In this document: positions 25,605 through 38,391 of the stretch, in pieces
Position numbering within the stretch: position 1 is the first letter of the stretch
Layout: every line of letters starts with the position of its first letter
Assembly: GCA_022813865.1 (NCBI GenBank)
Contig: JALDZX010000011.1
Coordinates: 124,001-188,000 of the forward strand
Source: Xylographa opegraphella
Lineage: Eukaryota
DNA: 64,000 nucleotides
Direction: 5' to 3'
Notes under the pieces: generated by a model
The model's database searches: none
What the model saw: the letters and a program-made list of their open reading frames with translations, nothing else
What the model was told of the DNA's origin: nothing
Program-made: the position numbers and the translations under genes

Positions 25605-26247
25605 TGGGCGGTGGGGCGTAGGGGGACTGGGGCGATAGTAGTCGTGAGTGTGTGTCGTTGGTTGTAGTCGTGTAGATGGGCGATATGTAGCCGCTCGAGG
25701 CGAAGCAAGTTACAACGCAGCGGTCGAGCCAGACACGAACGCAGTGATTGCCGCACTCGCGAGCTACAGTACCACCACAACAGCCACGACACCTCTATAA
25801 CACCGACGATAGAGATAGTAGAACAAACAAGCCCGATGATTGGAAAATAAGATGTATTTCGTTCGTAAGCCCCCAACGCTATCTGCCCGTGCAAGAACGA
25901 CAAAGTGCCAGAAACCCCCAACGCCCGATCTGTCCTGTCCGAAAAGGGTATCTATTTACACACGCGCGCGCGCGCCCACGATCGAGGAAGATCATCCCAC
26001 CAAGCAAATCACCGGGGACACGAACGCGACCGAAAAACGTAGGAAAAGCAGGCGTGCCGGATCTTCATCTCATTGCTGCGTAACACATCGCTCACGAACT
26101 AAGAGCTCCGTATCCCCCCCCGGCGTCCCAAATGAAATGTTCCTGCAACTCCTCGATTCATGGAGATCGCAACTTCGAATTACTGCGCAATACTCTCTGC
26201 CAGCGCAGCCCCATTGTCGTGCTGTAAGGTCCACGAATTCTACCTAC

Positions 26248-28928
26248 TCAATACCGGCGTGGAATACGCGGTAGGAAACCTGGATCCTCCGGGGTCGTCT
26301 GGTTTTGCGCCAGAGGCGGCGCCATCATCATCGGGTCCAGCCAGCCTGTATATGGCTGGCCAAAATTGCCAGCATAGGGCTCGGCTGCTGGTGCGGGCAG
26401 ATAACCATAGCCGTTAGTGGCCTCGTTCACCATACCGAAATCATTATACGGCCTCAAGGGATCGAACTCGATGGGTGCAGCCCCGGCCGCGGCGCCATAC
26501 CTGTTGAGCTGTGGTGTTCCAAATTCAGGGGTTTCGAGGTTGATGAACTCTTCGAACTCGTCCTGAACGCCGGGATTGTTCCATTGTGCTTCAGTGTGCG
26601 GCCTCCGAGCCTGACGGTGAGCAGCAGTTGTGGGGACTGCAGCCAGTTCTGGAAAATGATAGGGATTCTGTGGGAGCCGATGATTCAACGGTTGGTTGGG
26701 AGGCTGGGCGAGAAGGTCGAACTCGGGTCGAAATATAGGGTCCAAATCCATCAACCTGTTATTGATGGGTCGCTGAACAGCAACAGCGTGAGCAGCCTCA
26801 TTAGCAGGGCGTACCGTAAGATTGGTGTTGGCAACCTGTTGAATTCTCCGCAACTGAACCTCACGAAGTCGCATCTGAGCGCGTAGTTGAGCTGGCGGAT
26901 TCACTGGTGGAAGATAGGGCATTCCCGCATAGAACGGAGGTACAACGGCTGCACTATTTCCATCGTTGGACACCTCAGCCGAGAATTTGATCTTCAGATC
27001 TTCTTCCGAAAGCTCAGGGTTCTCTGCTCTAACTTTTGCCATCGCTTCTCGCTCGGCTTCTGCAATTCTCTCTGCATTCCGAGCGATAGTGTTGTCTTGT
27101 GTAGGACATTTCCGCTTTCCTGACGGGTTTGAGCCAGTCCCGTTGTCGAAATGTCCGTAGCTTTCTTTGGAGATATCTTTTCCACAATAATCACACACAT
27201 ATGTTCTGCATTTGGTGCAGACCATCTTGTTGCATCCGCCATCCTTGAAAATCGGAACTCCACATTTGGGGCATGTTCGAATAATGGCATTTGTCATAGC
27301 CTCCTCCAGAACGTGACGTTCCGATACACCTTGCTCCTTTTTATACTCCAGACAAGTCAGTGGTAAATGAGAATCAGCTTTGCAAAGTCGACAGCTGACT
27401 CGCTCACAATCCGGCATCCTGCATCGAAACTCCTTATTTTCCGCCACAGGGGGATAAATTGCAGCATAATCGCAGAAGGGGCAAGATTCCAGATTCTCCA
27501 AACCTGCTGTCCGCAGTTCCGATTGTTGCTGAAGGCGATCGAGAACTTCAAGGAGCTTCGCATCAAGGAATCTATGCTTTTCTGCCATCGTGAACTCGGC
27601 TTTGCATCCGCTACTGTCGATACACTTGATCTCGTATCGCGAAAGCTCAACTTGACTCTTTGCGTTCCGTTGCGCACAGTCCAGACAGAAAAAGTGAAAG
27701 TTATTACATTGTGTTGACTTCGGTATCGGTACGTCTGAGAAACAACATTGACACTCCACCATTTCTCCGTTCTCTATACACGTCTTCTCAAGCGCAGCAT
27801 CCGCTTCTGCGATCATTTGCTCCCTCTTGAGTTTGTCTTCGAAATAGTCAGTACTCTAGATAGTACATATGAAATCATCTTGAAGTTGCGATAAGGAGTC
27901 ACAAGGAGTATTCAACCAGCAAAAGTGCGACTCACCGGCCTCTTTCTGTCGCTTTCGCTTTGCAGCTTGAAGCTCTTTCCGCAGCGCTTCCGTACTATAT
28001 CCGGTCGGCTCCGTGGAGGACATAAAGTCTCTCTCTGTATGTTTGATTTTCCGCAATTTCTGGAGTTTTCTGTAGGGTGGAAGGGGTGCTTGGTCGTACG
28101 TTCTGTCGGCATACTCAATGGCAAGGTAGGCGGGGTATAGGTTTCCACAAGTCTTTAACTGTAGGTCGATAAAAGTGAGTGGAACACTAGCAAACTCCCA
28201 GAGAAGAAGAAGACGCCTGGGCAAGCTGTTAGCGTAGATATTGGAAAGCATCGTGGTTATAAGGAGAATCTGTGAAAGATAAGAAATGCATCCATAATTG
28301 TCACCACGCGGGTGCAATAGTGTATTGATGGGCAACCAGAACAACTGTCCAGTAAGACTTACGCATCTTGGATCTCAGCAGCCGTGATTCTAGGTCTGCT
28401 TAGCCGAGTGTAGTTCTTTTCCTCTTCCTCGCTGTCGGAGCCTTCGGCACGTTTCCGCTTCAGCTTCTTCTTCTTTTCCTTCTCGGTAGGGTACTTCTCC
28501 GCGTCCAGTATTTGCACAATCACTGCCTGCGATAGCTCCTCATTCACGAGCTGGGATCTTTCTACAGGAAAAGCTGCTGCCTGGCCATCATAGAGTGTCC
28601 GCAGATAATCGCGGCACACGTCCGGGAAGACCTCGAGAACCTTATCCAGATATAGCTGATACAGGACTTCTGGATTCGTAATAAGCACCGGTTGATACGC
28701 AGCTTCGGACGCAGCTTCGGTCGCAGTGCGAAGGGGCAGCGCTGTTTGCTCCACATCGCCATTCTCATGACTGGGGTAGTCAGGAATGTCCGGGAACGCC
28801 TGGTCGATGGTTTCCAGATCGAAGAAGGCGGCAAAAGGATTTGATCTATTAAACGTATCGCTGTCTGTATCGCTGTCTATCTCGATCACTTCTCGGGGGA
28901 CAATGGTGGGCGGTGCATTGGTGTTCAT
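26248..28928 (-). CDS. RBR E3 ubiquitin ligase, RNF216/TRIAD3-like, 3 exons
   Basis: UBA-like VLEVFPDVCRDYL; RING1 CQCC..CNNFHFFCLDC; IBR CPFCDY..CRLC..HLPLTC; RING2 CPKC..KDGGCNKMVC; introns 28362-28217 and 27935-27837. Confidence 0.88.
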
Positions 28929-29862
28929 TTCAGAGACGTCAGATCACCACCCGGCACTTTTGTGCATTAACAGGAGTCTTGCCCGACTCGACTGTGGGAG
29001 GTTGACGGAAAGGTTAGGTTTTCTGGAAAGTGCTGGCGCTAACAAGTGAGTCTCAATAGCTTTGCATCGAGTCGTTTCAAGCAGTGCCCAGAATGTAACG
29101 ACGACAACACTTTGCTATAGCTGGCACATAGGATATGGAAACTTGAGGTAATGGTAGAAATGGAAAGTGAGCTCAGGTGAGTCCACCACTACCCTCTCTT
29201 CGGCACGTTCGCACAAGCAGGTGGCAGCTCCGTAGGTTTGACAAGGCTATCAAGCTCGACGTGAATTATTATATTTCGCACTACGGTCACCCAATCCAGT
29301 CTCACTGATTCACGAGGTCGCAGGCGCTTGTCGGACCGCACGAGACATCACGGAACAAGACTGCAGGCATGGGTTGCTGCCTTCCTTCGCGAGCCATTCG
29401 CTCCGGCACAGCGTCGATTCGATGGACCGACGTTTATTTCGCGACCTTCCATTAATAATTGCCTTGGAGTTGATCCTCGCTGCACTTTCCCCACACTAAG
29501 CCCAGACCTGCATCCCTGCCGGTGATGCATAAAGCGACTTGCATAACTACTAGGTAGTCTTACACAGTAAGAGACTTTACGTTCACATACACCGAGACAT
29601 ATCAGATAGATCCTCAAGCGAAACAGCAAAGACCAAGAGTGCCAGTAGTCATCTGTCACCGCGCGTGGTTTGCGAAGAACAAGTGTAGTAAAAGCATTGT
29701 ATTGTATAGTGACTTCATAACTCATCCCACTAAGATAAGAGACGCCCGCCTCATCCATCTCCTTGCCCAGCTCGACAGAACCCGGCTCCCCCGGTCCACA
29801 TCACCTCTCACCTCTACGGTCCACCCAAAAGCAACACCAACACCCCCTCAGACCCATGCCCC

Positions 29863-30603
29863 ATGGTACGCATCAAGCACCGCTACCTCCTCGCCCACAT
29901 CCTCTCCCCCTCCACCGCCCCCCTCTCCCCCACCGCCTCCGCCCTTCCCCCAACCGTGCAATTCCGGCCCCCGACCCCCAACGACCTCACGCCCCAGCTC
30001 TTCCTCCGCGCCATTCGCGAGCAAGTCGGCCTCCTGTACGGCGACTACGGCGCAGGCGTCACAGCCGCCGGCCTCAGCAGTGCGTGAGCCCCTCTCCCCT
30101 CCTTCCTAACCCCTCCTCATACGCCGCGTCCACTTTTCACGCGTCCGAGCATGGTCCCCCGATCCGCTGACACGCCGTGCCTGCATCCAGTCAAGTACCT
30201 CTCCCCCGCGACCGCGACCTTCATCTTGCGCTGCCCGCGCGCCCACTACCAGCTCGTGTGGGCGGCGCTGACGTACATGACGCACCTGCCGGCGGTCAAA
30301 GCGGCGGGCGGGGCGGACGGCGCGGCTGGGGAGAGGTATCGGAAGGCGCGGCTGGGGGGTGACGCGAGGCCGTGTGTGATACGGGTGGTGAGGGTGAGTG
30401 GGACGGTGAGGAAGGCGGAGGAGGAGGCGGTGAGGAGGGCAAGGGGGGACATACTGCGAGCGAGGAGGGGGGAGGTAGGGGGTGGGGGGTTGGAGGGGTG
30501 GTTTGGGGTTGTTGTGGATGAGGATGTGGATGGCGATGGCGGTGACGAGGACGACGGGGAGGGTGAAAGTGAAGGGAGCGATGAAGAGGAGGAGGAAGAT
30601 TGA
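29863..30603 (+). CDS. POP5: RNase P/MRP subunit Pop5 (Rpp14/Pop5 family)
   Basis: MVRIKHRYLL..LYGDYG; intron 30080-30190; IKYLSPATATFILRCPRAHYQLVWAALT, VVRVSGTVRKAEEEA. Confidence 0.92.
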
Positions 30604-30767
30604 TGGGGGGTTAGAGCAGTTGGTAGAGGAGTGGGTCTTGCTCTCCCCAGAACCTTTGACCGAGGATGTTCGCCGAAAAGAGGCAACGAGCAATACATGG
30701 CAGGATCACCGACGAACGACGAGTTCATTCACGTTTATGGAGACAGGTCATACTCTCGACCAGCGAA

Positions 30768-33016
30768 TTAGATCACTCCGCTACCTATCTGTCCCATCAG
30801 TAACGCCTCGATCTTCTCCCCGGCTCGTACGACTCCGCCACCGGCCGGCAAGCACAGCAACGCATTCGCTGCCTTCAGGCTCCCGATTCGCGAACTCCTC
30901 TGTCCACCGGTTGTTACAGCATGTAACAGTCCGTCTGTGCCGGCCGTCACAGTTCCCCTCTGATACTCTGCCCGCTTCTCGTCACACATGACCTTTTCGT
31001 CAAGCACAACCACCACCTTTGGCAGTCCTCGTTCCTTATCTCCGCTGGCCGCCTGCAAGCTAGGTAGCACGAATAAGTGGAGGGTGACCACAGCGCTGGC
31101 CGGGTTTCCAGGCAGGCTGAAGACCAGGCGTACATCATCGTTGCCGGCATTGTTCTTGAAGGGGATGGTGGCGAAAGTGCTTGGTTTGCCGGGCTTCATG
31201 GCAACTCGGCCAAAGTGGATCGTTCCACCCAAGGAACGCTCGACGGTCGGCTTGAGTAGATCGAGCTCCCCCATGGATACACCACCAGTCGTGATAATCA
31301 CGTCAACAGTGCGAAGAGCACTGCGAAGGGTCGTCTCAAGGGCGCCTGGTCTGGATACTATGTCAGTTCCTACATATACAATAGCTCTTTAGCAGAATGT
31401 ATAGCCTTACGTGTCGCTTGCGATGCCCAGATCGACCACTTCATAACCCCAGCTTTTTACGGCGGACATAACTGTTGGTCTGTTTGAGTCACGAACTTCC
31501 CCATGTCGTAGCGGACCAGGACGACTGTGCGGGATGATCTCGTCACCTGTACTCAATATTCCAACGACTGGTTTCTTGAACACTGTCACTTCGGCTCTCC
31601 CAACAGAGGCTAATAAACCTAGCTCGCCACCTACAGCAGTAATCTTTTCACCTGTCTCAAGTATAACTTCGCCAGCTCGAACATCGCTGCCAACTTCTCT
31701 GACGTTTTCGTTAGGGACGACATCGTTTGTCAGGATCTCGATTTCGTTCTCTTCTCGACCATCGTCCGTCATGCTCCTTAATAATGTATCCTCAACCATT
31801 ACCACTGACGTCGCACCTGGAGGAAGAGGCGCTCCTGTCGTAATCCTTGCAACACGACCAGCCTGTAAAGATTCAACCTGTCCGGGTGCAGCGTGAGAAA
31901 CTGAAGACACTGGAAAAACTCCTTTCGAGTCTTTCGGCTTTGTTACGATTATAGCATAGCCATCAACAATGCTGGCTCGAAATGCAGGAACGGCTTCACG
32001 GGCAGCTACATCTTCTGCCAGTACTGATCCTACAAGACTGATATCAACAATAGCTTGGATCGGCCTTGGTAATGGTGTGTGTTTCAATATTAGATCTATG
32101 GCTTGTGCGACTGGTAGCATTGGGTATGGCGACTCTCTGTAGCGACGGGTTGGGCCCGCTTGAGGATCGTTCGAAGAAGGACGATCAGCAGGCTTCGTGT
32201 GAGCCCGAGGAATATCATGGCTGCCATGTCGATGGGAATGGGAATGACTATGATCATGCCGGTGAGAAAGAGCTTCGGGATGTTTGGCGCTCAGACCAGC
32301 TTCTTCCTCTAGTTTCTTCACTCCGCCCAAATGAAGTGACCTTGAATCGCCACCAGCGGCTTGAAGGCACGCATGTGGCAATAGTTTTAATATAGCCTGA
32401 AGGTTCTCGGTTGCTCCTTTTGGCGATCCAGGTAGCGTAACGATGAGGGTGTTTTTACGAACTCCAGCCACAGGTCTTGACATCATAGCAACTGAGAGAA
32501 TAAAGGGTTCAGACTTGTCTCTTCATATAAGCCGCAAATGCAAACATCAATTCCCCGCAAAGACGAGCGTTGATGCATACATGCAGCAACAACGAAGAAA
32601 GATATCACCTACAAGGCGTAATTTGCATGGAAGCAGCCAGCATAGCATGCCTGTCACTACATAAGTCCAGGTCCGCACGCTTGATACCATACTCACTTGT
32701 GGACTTACACCAGACCTGGGGCATGTCTGTCGATGAGAGGACCGATGGCTTCGGGTGTGTGATCCTTCTGGGCGAAGCCCGTGCCACCAGAAGTAACGAT
32801 AAGATTGACATACTGAGCCTCATCACACCAGCTCTGGATCACATCTTGAATCTTGGAGACATCGTCCGGGACGATGCACAGCTCCTCCACATCCCATGCC
32901 TTGTTGCCGTCTTCGGAGAAAACTTTTGCGAGAAGAGGGCCTGCTTTATCTGATTCTGACGTGACGGATGCGGTGTCCGAGATGATAAGAATGGCAGCGC
33001 GGAGAGAATTCACCAT
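30768..33016 (-). CDS. cnxE: Gephyrin-like molybdenum cofactor biosynthesis protein (MogA G-domain + MoeA E-domain)
   Basis: G-domain LIVTSGGTGFAQKDHTPEA, LPGSPKGATENL; E-domain PAFRASIVDGYA, STGDE, TTGGVSMGELD, LPGNPAS; includes short exon HAMLAASMQITP at about 32650-32613. Confidence 0.95.
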
Positions 33017-33257
33017 CGCTGTGGCCCCGTGGTGACGAGAAAAACAACAACAGAAAGATATTATTCCAAGAGAGGATGAGAGTGATAATCTGGAGCTAAG
33101 GTATTCTACTTTGTACAATTGGACCTCTAACCGAGCCCTGTTTGAGGAATTCCGTGCCGGAACGGAGTAACTTGCCCCACTAGTTCCCGCCACTTTTCCT
33201 AAGGTAGGCAAGCTCGTATGGTAGCTTAGCCTGCTTCGTGTAGTCCTGCCCCTCAAC

Positions 33258-33271
33258 CACACGCACACACA

Positions 33272-33311
<40 letters not shown>
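33258..33311. repeat. (CA)n microsatellite, about 54 bp with two interruptions
   Basis: CACACGCACACACACTCACACACACA...; about 240 nt upstream of the cnxE start. Confidence 0.95.
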
Positions 33312-33313
<2 letters not shown>

Positions 33314-33969
33314 AGAGAAACATTATCTCTTACTCTTATCTATCAATTATTCAAGCATGCTGGCGTCCCTCATCTGTATCCTATCACTGCAGAGCCATTT
33401 GTCTTCTTTATAGTCCGGATTTCGGTCCCACGACGACTGTGAGCACTGAGCCAGAAGCAACCGGAGAGACCGATCATAAATCGCACATCCTCGCTCGTGT
33501 CACGATGTGAGGGTGAAGGTGTGCTGGCACTGGCTGCCGGCTTAGTGGAGCTTGGCATTGCAGCGACGACCACTGACCTGTTCCGCTTCTTCGCACCGCC
33601 TGCAGCCTCTGATTCCATGCGACGCCTTCGTGGTTGCCTAGCTGATGACCACCCGCTTCTCCATTAACTCACCCGGCATCGGCTATGCTTTTTGAGCCTC
33701 CAACGGCAGGGGTCGGGGGGGTTCGCACTCGGCCATGGCGATGTTGCCCAGCCTTATGCGACCGTCTGCTCGTCCGACCTATGAAGCAGTTCATCCTCTG
33801 TCGTTCTTTCTTTCTTTCTGAACCAGTATTTCATCGTCAGACGCATTAGTTTTTTGACCCCATACTCTTGCGCTTGTACTTCCTGTACAGCTCTCAGGTA
33901 TTTGCGATACCATTCCAACCACGAACGTCTGGGGTGTCCTTTAGCGAGTCAGTCGGTAAGGATTTGGTG

Positions 33970-36678
33970 ATGGAGCACCTACCATGCACATTGCGCCTGA
34001 CTGGCATTCCCCCTGGAACGGAGGCCGACGCCATCCAGAAGCATTTTGCGGATCGGATTCGGCAACTTGACATACAATGTCTACACGTTGGGTCAATCCA
34101 TCCACACGACCGCGGATACAGCTGCATCGTTACCTTCGCAACTCCGGAGCTTGCTGAAAAGGCACATAAGCTTGAAGCGCCAAGCCGAAAGCTTAGCACT
34201 CACGCTGGCCGAGGCACTCTGGAGATCGACAAGCATTTCGGGCTTCTGACCACGCTATATTCTTCTAACAATCCTCTGACTGGAAGCCCGGACGTTGAGT
34301 GAGTCTATCAGAGATGCGCCCTGCTGACATTGGCAAGTTAACGAACTAACGTATTTGCCCAGTATCGTTGTTATTCATGATCTATATGGCCACCCTTGGT
34401 ACTCTTTTGCACATTCACCTGAGCCTGGTCATGATGGTCACAGGCATGATGAGGAAAACTGGCTTCGAGACCTGTTGCCGCAGATTTTGGAAAATAACTC
34501 GCAGCGGAAGGTCTATGCTAGGATCATGACATTTGGCTACAGGCCGGACCTCTGGATTACACAACCTTTGGAAAAGATTAAGCGAACAGAGGAGGATCTG
34601 CATTCGTGTTTACAAGCTCAGAGGCAATCAGTACAGGCATCAGGGCACCTTCATTTGGTAGCTTGACTAATTGATCGCAGGATCCCCAAAGACCTCTGTT
34701 TTTCGTCGCTCATGGCCTTGGTGGCGTGTTGGCAAAACAGGTACACTCTTGTCCGATGTTTTCGGAGCTGAGAATCGATCTGTTGACGTTCCAAAGTTGT
34801 TCGTAGACCTTATAAATGAATCAATGATAAAATCCGAAGCCACGTCCATTTCTGGGGGCTGCGTCTTCTTCGGCGTCCCAAATCAAGTCAACGATTTCGC
34901 GTCTGTCCTTCATCGATTCAACTCAGCCTACGAGCAAGGCAACACTCTAATCAGGGAAGAAGAGAAGGCACAACACATTGCGAACTCTGCCCGCGAGTTC
35001 TCTACAATCCGTGACGACCACAATCTACTTATATTGTGCTTCATTGAAGCTGAGCAGTATAATTCTACCATGGTCAGTTTGTGATTGGAAAATTGTCTCT
35101 ATGATATATATGCTCGTGCTTGTTTTTTTTCCAGCAGCCTATCTTGCTAGGGCTAGTTCGCCTAAGACCAATATCTTTCGCTTCTTGCTCATCTCAAATT
35201 GCGGTCATTCTAGGTCTGAGTACAATTACTAATGATTGCATCAGGTTGTGGAAGCGGACTCGGGCACTTTTAACTATCCTGAGCGCCCTAATCCATATGT
35301 TCTACATAACAGAAATCACTCGACGATGACAAGATTTTCTGCTTCCGAACACGGAGTGTTGGCGCCGGCAGTCTCAATTCTCTGCCAGTCTGTTGATAGG
35401 GCTCTCGAGCTACAGTCGCATCGATCTGCAGAGCCAGGAACAAGTGATGTCTCATTCTGGCGTAGTCAGCTAGATTCCGGAGTGGAGGACAAGTTCTCCA
35501 TCCTTCGAGAGTATGATACTGTCTTTCTTGTTGATGATTCGGTTTCGATGCTTACAAGTCGACGGTGGGAACTCGTCCGAAGAATCTTGACAGTATCTAC
35601 GGAAATTGCTACTTACTATGATCCTGATGGCATAGAAATACGTTTTTTCAACAACAGAAAGGCTTCTGCCGACAACATCAAAGATCCTCAAACAGCACGA
35701 GCAAAAATCCAGCAGGTTACTCCCAATGGCCGTACTCCAACACGTCGTCGTATGTCCGAATATCTCCGTAGTTACGTTCATCGCCTTCGCGAGCAGCAAT
35801 ACGACCCAGATTTCTCCAAGCTCAACCTTATCATTTTAACTGATGGCGAACCGGACCCAGAATACGAAAATCCTAACGAAGTAAGTGATGCCGAGGATGC
35901 CGAGCAGAATACTGCTGCGAATAGAAAAATCCGTAAAGAAATCGTCAATATAGGTACTCAACTCGATGATATCAATGCCTCGGAAGAGCAAATTGGTATT
36001 CAATTCTGCCAAATTGGTAATGGCGATGGAGTCGCCAAGTTCTTCGACTATCTTGATAACAACTTAGGAGAAAAATATAACGTCCGTGATGTACGTAAAC
36101 CTTTTTCTTGTGCTCAATACGCATGCTAATCGTCGCAGATGGTGGACACGGTTCGTTGCATCGACGAACTTCATCTGACCCCGGAGTTCTATCTGAAGCT
36201 CTTGACGGGCGCTATAGATAGATATGAAGACAACCAGGCACAAGCAGAGAGAAATACTCGAATTCAGCCTACTCATAGACCAGGACCAACGCCTCGCGCT
36301 CCCCAGTCCTACACCCGCGACGAAACTGAATCGCCTCCTCGGACGTGGAGGGCGAGCAGAGTACCGACGATGCGTTCGGATCCAGTAGTCCCCACGTCGC
36401 ATCCCTTCCACGACCAGGATATCGTGGATGACAACTATACTCGGTTTACCCCATCTGCGGCAGCGACCGCCACGGCTGCTCGGCCTCCGCGCGTTGGGAC
36501 TTTTCAACACGGTGCCGGCCCTTCAATTCCAAATCCCCAGAATATATCAGAGCGGTCTCGTGTCCAGACACTGCCCAACCCACAGTCGGGGCCCATGACT
36601 TCATCCCCGCCACCACCAAAGCGAAGTCTAAGGTCGAAGTTGACTTTTCGGCACCATAATCGGGATGGCAGTTCCTGA
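33970..36678 (+). CDS. Fusion protein: RRM-like + SesB/DUF676-like alpha/beta-hydrolase (nucleophile lost) + von Willebrand A domain + Pro/Arg-rich tail, about 772 aa, 6 exons
   Basis: Introns 34299-34362, 34631-34680, 34741-34796, 35073-35244, 36091-36138 splice in frame. Motifs LRLTGIP..IVTF..EIDKHF; DIVVIHDLYGHP, WLRDLLP, RIMTFGY, RPLFFVAHGLGG, FFGVP, NHSTMTRF; VFLVDDSVSM, GRTPT, IILTDG, IGIQFCQIG. Confidence 0.85.
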
Positions 36679-37310
36679 AAAGATTAGTCGACAAATATTC
36701 ATGGATTGAGCCCATTCTTTCGCATTCTTGTTGTGTCCGGTATTTTGGATTGGGAAGGGGTTATCGGCAAATGCGACCGACTGGGAGGAGTAATGGCGCT
36801 AGGTGCTCGGTATCCTATATATATTATCCTCTATATAATGTTGTTGTTCGGAGTAATACAGTTGCTTGACAGAGGGCAAAGCCAGATCAATCAGAATCCA
36901 AATGCCAAATTTTACAATCGCCGGGGCCGTACTACTACCTTCGTGAATACTGTGAAGTGGTCGTAGTCCTAGAAGAAGACTTGTAACGGGTTGGTCTTGG
37001 TAAACACTGTTCCCAAGAACAGCCTGCGTACAGGCGATTTTCCCACGAGAAAGTAAATATCAACATTCTAGAGAGAGCCCACCAGTAATTCTGTCTTAAA
37101 AATTCCAATAATGCGAGTCAAATGTCCCAGGCCCTGGTATTGCTACCTCACGGCCTTTTGATCAAAGGTGCTGCGGTCCCGCCCAAGGCGGTCAAGGCGG
37201 TAAACTGGGGATCTACCTAATCAAGGTCGGATAAGGTGAACCACCTTGGATCTCCTTCCCATCAACAAACTCCTTGCACTTCCTACAGTTTTGGACCATA
37301 CCCACTCAAG

Positions 37311-38391
37311 ATGTCCGGGGCCGAAGTACTCATTATCCTTCCCATCGTTGCCGCGTTGATCTCTGCTTTCAAGGACGGTACCGACCTTGGGCAGAAAACA
37401 CGGGATTGGTGGAAGAGGCACTGGGGCAAAGAACAGAACGCTCAGAAAGCAACTGCCGAGTCAGAGCTCGCGCAATCCCTCACCGTCAATCCGGGACGCA
37501 TCTGGCGAGGCTATACGGACAATGTTCAGAGATATGGTCCACAATTCAAGATTGGCGACGGTAAGTCAGGTGCTGGTTTGGGGTGACCTCGGCAATCCAA
37601 AGTCACTACGCTGTCTTGTGGCTAACTTCTGGTTAGATGTCGCCCGCATGGAGTTGATGTGGTGCCTGCTCGACATGCATCGGGACATGCTCAGCGTCTG
37701 CAAGTTGATGCTGCAAGAGAGAATAGAGTACGACCCTTCCAGGCTGCAGCGCACCTCAGATCAGATACGAGATCGCTCCCTTGGCTCGTTCCATTCCCTG
37801 GCCCAGCGGCTGGAGATCCAAGCTCCTATCCCACCCCCTCTCGCTATCGACCCCTATCCTAATTGGAACGCTCCGCGGATCTCCAGGGTGCAGACCCTGC
37901 AAACTATATCCAGCACTGACGAAGCAAACGACGAACTCGACGAAGAAAAAGCACGGCTCAATACCTTAGCCGAGAGATACGTCGCGGCTCTCTCGCATTC
38001 GAGCAGGCCTCAAAGCCCGGCCGCCTCGCCCGCCGAACTCTCCTCGGAATTCGACGCGTTCTGTCAGGGTCCGGTCGAGGAGTGCTTCTCCTCCGGCAGC
38101 CTGTCGTTGTGGCAGTGCCGGAACTGCGGCAGCTCCATCAGCTTCGACTACAACAAGGTCGATCGCAGCCAGGGGTTCGCGAACCTCGTTTTTTCCTGCC
38201 ACCTGCCCGTCCGCAGTGAAACGGTGAAATACAAGTGCATAATTTGCCGGGCAATAGGGGAACCGCAGAATATGCTGCAAATCTACGGCGAGAAAGGGCA
38301 GCTCATCTCCCACCTTTGTACACATACGGCCCAGGATTTTGGCGAGGCGGGATTCAGCGAGTCCATTCTGGATAGCTTGTGCGACATCTGA
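37311..38391 (+). CDS. Hypothetical protein (334 aa) with hydrophobic N-terminal helix, helical domain and C-terminal Cys/His zinc-binding region
   Basis: Intron 37561-37636; MSGAEVLIILPIVAALISAFKDG..YGPQFKIGDDVARMEL..LAQRL; C-terminal CRNC..SCH..CIIC..HLCTH. Confidence 0.75.

Noticed and set aside
25957..25975. Alternating purine-pyrimidine tract TACACACGCGCGCGCGCGC
   Set aside because: Short simple repeat; Z-DNA potential only, no supporting context
32215..32270. His-rich linker in gephyrin/cnxE
   Set aside because: Known feature of fungal gephyrin-like proteins, not novel
32705..33310. ORF starting MCVCVCVC upstream of cnxE
   Set aside because: Translation of the (CA)n microsatellite; the real start is ATG 33016
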